Source: Candidatus Woesebacteria bacterium RIFCSPLOWO2_01_FULL_39_23 (GTDB lineage Bacteria > Patescibacteriota > Microgenomatia > UBA8517). Taken from it: a stretch of 64,000 nucleotides of DNA. The translations under genes and the position numbers were made by a program. The stretch lies in NCBI GenBank assembly GCA_001793095.1, contig MGHG01000004.1:7542-71541 (forward strand). Reading direction: 5' to 3'. Below, piece after piece: positions 59,101 through 64,000 of this stretch (positions are counted from its first letter, which is position 1; each line of letters starts with the position of its first letter). The notes beneath the pieces are model-generated. The model saw only the letters and a program-made list of their open reading frames with translations. It made no database searches and was not told the origin of the DNA.

Positions 59101-60357
59101 CTATAACCCCGGTTGGGGAGGAGTTTGTACTACAAAGTCAGTTGGTGTAAAATTTGCGCCGCTAGCGCTATCAAATCCATCGGGGTTTCTTTCGATAGCT
59201 TGATCCTGTGTTGGATTAAGGGGTGGCGTACCCCACTGCACTGTATCAATTATTACGTCAAGAGGATCGAGGAGTTGTAAAAGCCCAGTATCGACATTGA
59301 ATGTGACGCCGCCGAAATTAGCGGTGATAACTCCGTTGTCGTCATAACATTGCGTCCAGGTGGAATTGTCGTGACCAATAAGTGCGAATTGACCTGCCGG
59401 TAAATTGGTATTGGATGTAACCAAGTCAATGGTATTTGTCCCGTCCGTAATACTGAAGTTTTTCAGATTAACGGTGGTTGTGTAGCCGTTATAAACCTCT
59501 AGCCACTGGGCTTCTTTTTGCCCGATAAAACAGGAAGTATCGGGGAGAACTTCGTTAATAACAAGAACTTGGGCGATTCCCGGAGTTGGGGTAGGAGTTG
59601 ATTCAGTTGGCGGTGTAGGTGTCGGACCAAAACTCTCAGCTGCCGAGAGTACATTTCCAAAGCTTGTTTCGACATCTGATAAATATCCGGCAGATAAACC
59701 GACTAAAAAGATAGCAATTCCGGTTATTGGTACAATAATCGCATTTTTTGGCAAGCTTCCCACGTTTGGAGAGGAGGTTGCTTCATATTTTTTCTTAATA
59801 ATTGCCACGGACTTTTTTAGTTGGCTGACAAGAAACTTTATTTCTTCGTAGACAAATATTGTTCCGGGAACAATAACGAAGAGAATAAAACCGTATGGTT
59901 TTTTGGCAAAATCGGCCACGTAGCCGAAGTAGGGGAGAATTAAGACAACCTTACCGATAATATCACTCTGCCTAACCTTGAAATTATCAAAGCTCCGATT
60001 TGCGTCCCCTGCAGTTAAGAACTGGGCCTCCTTGTTAAGTCCGTCGGGAAATAGTTTGACTAGTGCCCGGTGGGTGATTGTATTTTTGCTGCCTTGTTGG
60101 TTAAAAGTGATTATATCTCCCGGAAGATAGTTATTTAGTGGTAAAGAGATAACAACACTCGCGAGCTTAATTTTAGGTTCCATCGAACCCGAATAGACGA
60201 TATAAAACCTCGGCAAGCGCTTTTGCAAATCAACCCAGGAAATATTGTCAATCGTATTAACGTCCGGTTGGACTAAATAGAAGGCAGTGTAAGTGATAAA
60301 CATAAGTGAAATGAAGATGTAGATAAATCCCAGAGTGAATAAAAACTTTCTTAACAT
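59101..60357 (-). CDS. SipW-like type I signal peptidase (S26) fused to a C-terminal lamin-tail domain
   Basis: IVYSGSMEPKI (S26 catalytic Ser motif) after a TM anchor; C-terminal VINEVLPD...EAQWLEVYN...VNLKNFSITDG matches the lamin-tail-domain pattern; Pro/Thr linker TPTPPTESTPTPTP. Start taken at the internal Met (MLRKFLF...) to avoid overlapping the upstream gene. Confidence 0.6.
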   Translation of the reverse strand: MLRKFLFTLGFIYIFISLMFITYTAFYLVQPDVNTIDNISWVDLQKRLPRFYIVYSGSMEPKIKLASVVISLPLNNYLPGDIITFNQQGSKNTITHRALVKLFPDGLNKEAQFLTAGDANRSFDNFKVRQSDIIGKVVLILPYFGYVADFAKKPYGFILFVIVPGTIFVYEEIKFLVSQLKKSVAIIKKKYEATSSPNVGSLPKNAIIVPITGIAIFLVGLSAGYLSDVETSFGNVLSAAESFGPTPTPPTESTPTPTPGIAQVLVINEVLPDTSCFIGQKEAQWLEVYNGYTTTVNLKNFSITDGTNTIDLVTSNTNLPAGQFALIGHDNSTWTQCYDDNGVITANFGGVTFNVDTGLLQLLDPLDVIIDTVQWGTPPLNPTQDQAIERNPDGFDSASGANFTPTDFVVQTPPQPGL

Positions 60358-60393
60358 AGTTGTCAACTTGTACAAAATAGAATAATGCCAGAT

Positions 60394-60432
60394 GAGAGAG
60401 AGGGGGGTACTATAATTCCCCCCTCTGTCTCC
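60394..60432 (-). terminator. G/C-rich hairpin between the TasA-like gene and the signal peptidase gene (possible attenuator)
   Basis: GAGAGAGGGGGG...CCCCCCTCTGTCTC imperfect inverted repeat; weak U-tract. Confidence 0.3.
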
Positions 60433-60451
60433 ACAATAAAAATAAAACCTC

Positions 60452-61366
60452 TTACAAAGGAAGAGGCGTAGGCGTTGAGGTAGGCGTAAGGTTGCATAAG
60501 AAATCATCATTATGCCTTGCCTGTACGGCCTCGAATACAATATCTCCCATGAGTAAATCGGTTTGGGAAATATTTCCAACCTCCGTTCCGTCGCAATTGA
60601 AACCTCCGTCTTCCGGTTCGCCGGGGGTCTGGTTGGCATTATTATCTCCGGCCGGTCCGTCGGGGTAATCACCCGGAGTCAGCGGGGCTTCAGTCAAAGT
60701 ACCAAAACAAAACGCTTTACCGATGTATTGGACTTCTTCTTCACCACCGATCAGAGGTTGACCCGTTTCTGAGTCGGCAAGTGCCCAACGGACGTCATTT
60801 AATACATTGCTTGCAGGTCCACTGGTGAGCACCTCTTCTTCTCTCTCGAGAATATTGTCACCGTCGTCCCTCCAGAAAATGAAATTCAGTTCTTGCGCCA
60901 GGTCACCGTCAGGTGTCCCGTCGCTGCCGTCTCCCGGAAGGCTATCAACTTCGTCTTCGGGTTCGGTTATACCGTTATCACTATTTTCAGTGGTATTTAT
61001 ATCAACGCAAGCCCACGAATCATTGTCAACGTGTAGACTGATGGTATCTTCCTCATAGTCGCCGGGTTTTAGATCCCGGAGAGCAAAAAACACATCGCCT
61101 TCAGCTAGATCTTTTAGTTCCCAGGTACAGAAACAAGGTTCATCGGTTCCTTCCCAAACACGGTCTGTAGGATCTTCCGTGCTCTCATTTAAGACACAGG
61201 TTCTACCATTGTAGTAACAGGTATTATCTACCTTAAGATCCAACGCACCGGCTGCAAGGATGTTTCCTGTTGACGTTTCTTCGTCGCTGAAAAATGCAGT
61301 TGTCGCTCCAACGACACTCCCAACAACTAAAGCTATTGCAAAGACAGATAGCAAAATTCTTTTCAC
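60452..61366 (-). CDS. secreted protein with SipW-cognate class signal peptide (TasA/camelysin-like)
   Basis: N-terminus VVGSVVGATTAFFSDEETSTGNILAAGALDL matches the SipW-cognate signal class; D/N/G-rich; paralogous to the next gene (DGPAGDNNANQTPGEPEDGGFNCDG). Confidence 0.6.
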   Translation of the reverse strand: MKRILLSVFAIALVVGSVVGATTAFFSDEETSTGNILAAGALDLKVDNTCYYNGRTCVLNESTEDPTDRVWEGTDEPCFCTWELKDLAEGDVFFALRDLKPGDYEEDTISLHVDNDSWACVDINTTENSDNGITEPEDEVDSLPGDGSDGTPDGDLAQELNFIFWRDDGDNILEREEEVLTSGPASNVLNDVRWALADSETGQPLIGGEEEVQYIGKAFCFGTLTEAPLTPGDYPDGPAGDNNANQTPGEPEDGGFNCDGTEVGNISQTDLLMGDIVFEAVQARHNDDFLCNLTPTSTPTPLPL

Positions 61367-61455
61367 AAATATTTTTCACCTCCTTTCTACAAATAACATA
61401 TCTTTTAACTTACATGTCATGAAATTATTCAGAGTTATTATTTGGGAATTTCAAA

Positions 61456-62904
61456 TTAGGGTGTTGGTGTTGTGCAAAGGGTTAGAGCCGTTAAAACGTT
61501 TTGTAGATCTTGGTAGTTGGCTACAGGGAAGTAATGCGAGGCATCATCTGCGATTTCCGTGGACAAATACGTTGAGTCGACGTCTCCTCCTACGCCGACT
61601 ACAAAAACCTCAATTCCCAATGCTCGTGCATTATCGGCCGCTGTTGCAGCAACGGCTCGTGCTGTTGCCTCCGGTGAAGGCAGGTTGGGATTACCGTCCG
61701 TCACAATAATCATGATATCGGGCGACACGCCATCCGGGCGATCGTGCGGATCGCCGGCAAGATTTGACAGTTCACCTGAAGCTAAGTCGACGCCTTGGAC
61801 GAGCCTGGTCAGACCGCCTGAGGCGAGCGAGTTAATGGCGGCTTGCACCGCTCCCGCATTATCTGTTAAATGTGAGTCTAGTGTTCCTGATGTTGCAAAA
61901 CTGACCTCGCCTGCGTGTACGCCGGTAGGTGAAAGTCCGAGAGCGGTCACAAAAGAATTCGCCGCGGTTTTAAGATCAGCTAATTCAGAAGAACTTATGC
62001 TGCCTGATCTATCCAGAACCAGCATAACGTCGAGTGGTTGGTTACAGGCAATGGGTGGGGTAGGCGTGATTCCTGAGCACACGAAGCCCGCATTATTTCT
62101 TGCTTGTGTGGCTTGGAAAGTGATATCTAAATTAAGCTCATCGGTTTGGGGTGCATTGTTTAGGTTACTTCCGTCACAGTTTACCCCGCCGTCAGCGGCC
62201 TCACCGGGAGTTCCGTTGGTATTATTATCTCCGGCCGGTCCGTCGGGATAATCTCCCTGGGGAAGAAGCGAAGGCGAAAGTACCCCAAGACACCAGGCCT
62301 TGCCTATATAGTAGGTTTGATCAGGTGATAATGGTTCGTCCGGGTTACCAAAAATATTTTCGGTTGAGTCGGCCACCGACCACGGAATTCCGTCAAAAAT
62401 ATTTTCTGCCTGACCACGCTTAAACGGAGATTCTCCAACCTCCCAAACGTTGTCACCGTCATCTGCCCAAAACACAAATGTCAGACTTGTACCTAACTCT
62501 CCGTCAAGATTATCCCCCCGAACAGTGTCGCAATTGGGGTCATCCGCCAGTTCAGGTTCCGTACATGCTGAATCGTCATCTTTTGTAAGGGTAGGAGTTG
62601 TGCACAACCAATACGGATTAGTGCTGCCGTGAATACTTATAGTATCCTCGCCGTAATCAGAGGGTTTAAGGTCGGTGAAATTAAAAAATAGTTGATCCGT
62701 AAGGTCGCTCATCTCCCAAGAAGTTGCTGGGGAAGATGCGCCGTTATAGAAGCTTTCGTTATCTATTTGTAAATTTATTTCTCCGGATGTTAGGGCGTTG
62801 CTGGTTGAGACTTCTTTGTCAGAGAAGAAGGCTTGAGTGAAGTATATCCCGATGAAGCTGATCAACCCGATTGTTAAAAGACTTAATAGAAGTTTTTTCA
62901 TCAC
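61456..62904 (-). CDS. secreted protein with SipW-cognate signal peptide and C-terminal von Willebrand factor A (VWA) domain
   Basis: N-terminus GIYFTQAFFSDKEVSTSNALTSGEINL; VWA MIDAS LVLDRSGS...TDGNP; GC-richer than the rest of the window. Confidence 0.65.
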   Translation of the reverse strand: MMKKLLLSLLTIGLISFIGIYFTQAFFSDKEVSTSNALTSGEINLQIDNESFYNGASSPATSWEMSDLTDQLFFNFTDLKPSDYGEDTISIHGSTNPYWLCTTPTLTKDDDSACTEPELADDPNCDTVRGDNLDGELGTSLTFVFWADDGDNVWEVGESPFKRGQAENIFDGIPWSVADSTENIFGNPDEPLSPDQTYYIGKAWCLGVLSPSLLPQGDYPDGPAGDNNTNGTPGEAADGGVNCDGSNLNNAPQTDELNLDITFQATQARNNAGFVCSGITPTPPIACNQPLDVMLVLDRSGSISSSELADLKTAANSFVTALGLSPTGVHAGEVSFATSGTLDSHLTDNAGAVQAAINSLASGGLTRLVQGVDLASGELSNLAGDPHDRPDGVSPDIMIIVTDGNPNLPSPEATARAVAATAADNARALGIEVFVVGVGGDVDSTYLSTEIADDASHYFPVANYQDLQNVLTALTLCTTPTP

Positions 62905-63110
62905 ACTATCTGGTTTTTTAAATAAACATACCTAAAATATAGACCGAAAGTTCGGATAAAACTTATACTTGTTTAAAGAAATATTAATAAACTGGAAACA
63001 GATTATATTATTGGGTTATAAGCTGTCAGTAAGAATTACTACAGGCGATTTGTGAGAATTCCAACCAAAAATGGGATTAGTGAGAAAATAAACACTCCTT
63101 GTAATATAAT

Positions 63111-63530
63111 ATGTCGAACATGGCAGAAATTATTAAAGGGAAGAAAGGGGCTGATATTTTGTTGACTGATAGCGGAAAGAAAATATATCGGTCAACACGT
63201 AATCTTATTCGTATTGCGGCTATGGATAGAAGCTTAGAGAGAAAAAATGCTAAAGTAGCAGAACACGTTGCTCGAGTGGGAATCTTTGCTATTAGGGATG
63301 TTAATGATTGTGATGGTGTAACGAGGGAAAGTGTAGAGGAAGCGGTTGATGTAAGGAACGCTATATCGAAGTGTAAGTTAACCGAGATGGAACGAGAAGT
63401 ATTATATTACTTAGAACAGGGTTTAAATCTAGCAGAGATAGGGAGGATAAAAAGTATAACGAGAGTGCGTGTAGGCCAGCTTAAAAATAATATTGCAAAA
63501 AAAATTGCTTTGCAATTAGGAAAATTATAA
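63111..63530 (+). CDS. hypothetical HTH protein (sigma-70 region-4 / LuxR-like C-terminus)
   Basis: LTEMEREVLYYLEQGLNLAEIGRIKSITRVRVGQLKNNIAKKI. Confidence 0.35.
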   Translation: MSNMAEIIKGKKGADILLTDSGKKIYRSTRNLIRIAAMDRSLERKNAKVAEHVARVGIFAIRDVNDCDGVTRESVEEAVDVRNAISKCKLTEMEREVLYYLEQGLNLAEIGRIKSITRVRVGQLKNNIAKKIALQLGKL

Positions 63531-63589
63531 AAGTGTAGGATTATTACTTAATACTTGCCTTTTTGAAAATTATAGGTAGAATTATCTAA

Positions 63590-64000
63590 ATGAATAAAAA
63601 AGTATTAGTTAGCGTTATTGTTGTACTTATTTTATTGCTTCTTGGTGGCGGGGCCTATACGCTTTCAAAGAGAAATAAAACCCAAACTACCACTCAAGTT
63701 ACGACACAAACTACTCCGACACAAGAAAGCACAAAAACCGCTGCGCAGTCATTGAAAGATCTTTTGTTGTCAGGTGTTCCTCAAAGGTGCAGCTATCGGG
63801 ATACTGAAGAGGGTATTGATATGGCAGGTACGACTTATGTGTCGGGTGGAAAAGTCCGAGCTGATTTCACATCAACTACCGAGGGGAAAACAACGACAGG
63901 GCATACTGTTTATGACGGAACCACTAGCTATATTTGGACAGACGAGATGACTACCGGATATAAGATGATGATTGATATAAGTAAGGAGGAAGAATCGAGT
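63590..64000 (+). CDS. hypothetical membrane-anchored Thr-rich protein (3' end truncated)
   Basis: ATG at 63590; signal anchor VLVSVIVVLILLLLGGGAY; T/Q-rich linker; runs off the window edge. Confidence 0.35.
   Translation, partial: MNKKVLVSVIVVLILLLLGGGAYTLSKRNKTQTTTQVTTQTTPTQESTKTAAQSLKDLLLSGVPQRCSYRDTEEGIDMAGTTYVSGGKVRADFTSTTEGKTTTGHTVYDGTTSYIWTDEMTTGYKMMIDISKEEESS

Noticed and set aside
61260-62632. Plus-strand track ORFs 61260-61709, 61559-62251, 62151-62423, 62450-62632
   Set aside because: Antisense to the GC-rich VWA/TasA-like genes; GC-rich sequence generates long spurious ORFs; the translations are low-complexity P/S/A-rich.
1-64000. CRISPR arrays, rRNA and tRNA genes
   Set aside because: I scanned the intergenic regions for regularly spaced direct repeats, cloverleaf-compatible 70-90-nt segments and rRNA-like conserved blocks and found none. 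I cannot exclude a divergent tRNA without a covariance-model scan.

Overview
AT-rich, gene-dense bacterial window with short intergenic gaps, small proteins and operon-style overlaps. The gene content and protein families suggest a reduced-genome Patescibacteria/CPR-like organism; that is an inference from composition and gene content, not from any search. The backbone is housekeeping: mreB-mrdA-dprA-topA, rpsB-tsf-frr-rseP, proS, dnaX-ybaB-recR, cysS, a peptidoglycan-remodelling cluster (MltG, VanW-like, L,D-transpeptidase), a two-component system with tandem stand-alone receivers, and a peroxiredoxin. Three regions stand out. First, a LexA-headed restriction-modification-like operon at 46.8-52.2 kb: a BcgI-like nuclease-methyltransferase fusion, an inserted membrane protein, a two-TRD specificity subunit and a Cas4-like Fe-S nuclease. 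Second, a GC-richer minus-strand cluster at 59.1-62.9 kb: two SipW-cognate (TasA-like) secreted proteins, one with a VWA domain, plus a SipW-like signal peptidase fused to a lamin-tail domain. Third, a compact dTMP/folate island (folA, a deoxyribosyltransferase-like gene, thyA, tdk, tmk-like, glyA, folD). I also saw a 19-nt perfect palindrome present both in-frame inside proS and in the intergenic region upstream of lexA, a duplicated promoter module, and several candidate structured RNA elements. I recognised no rRNA, tRNA or CRISPR array. A roughly 648-codon minus-strand ORF (O-antigen-ligase-like with TPR repeats) runs off the 5' edge and is absent from the supplied ORF track; I hand-translated it.
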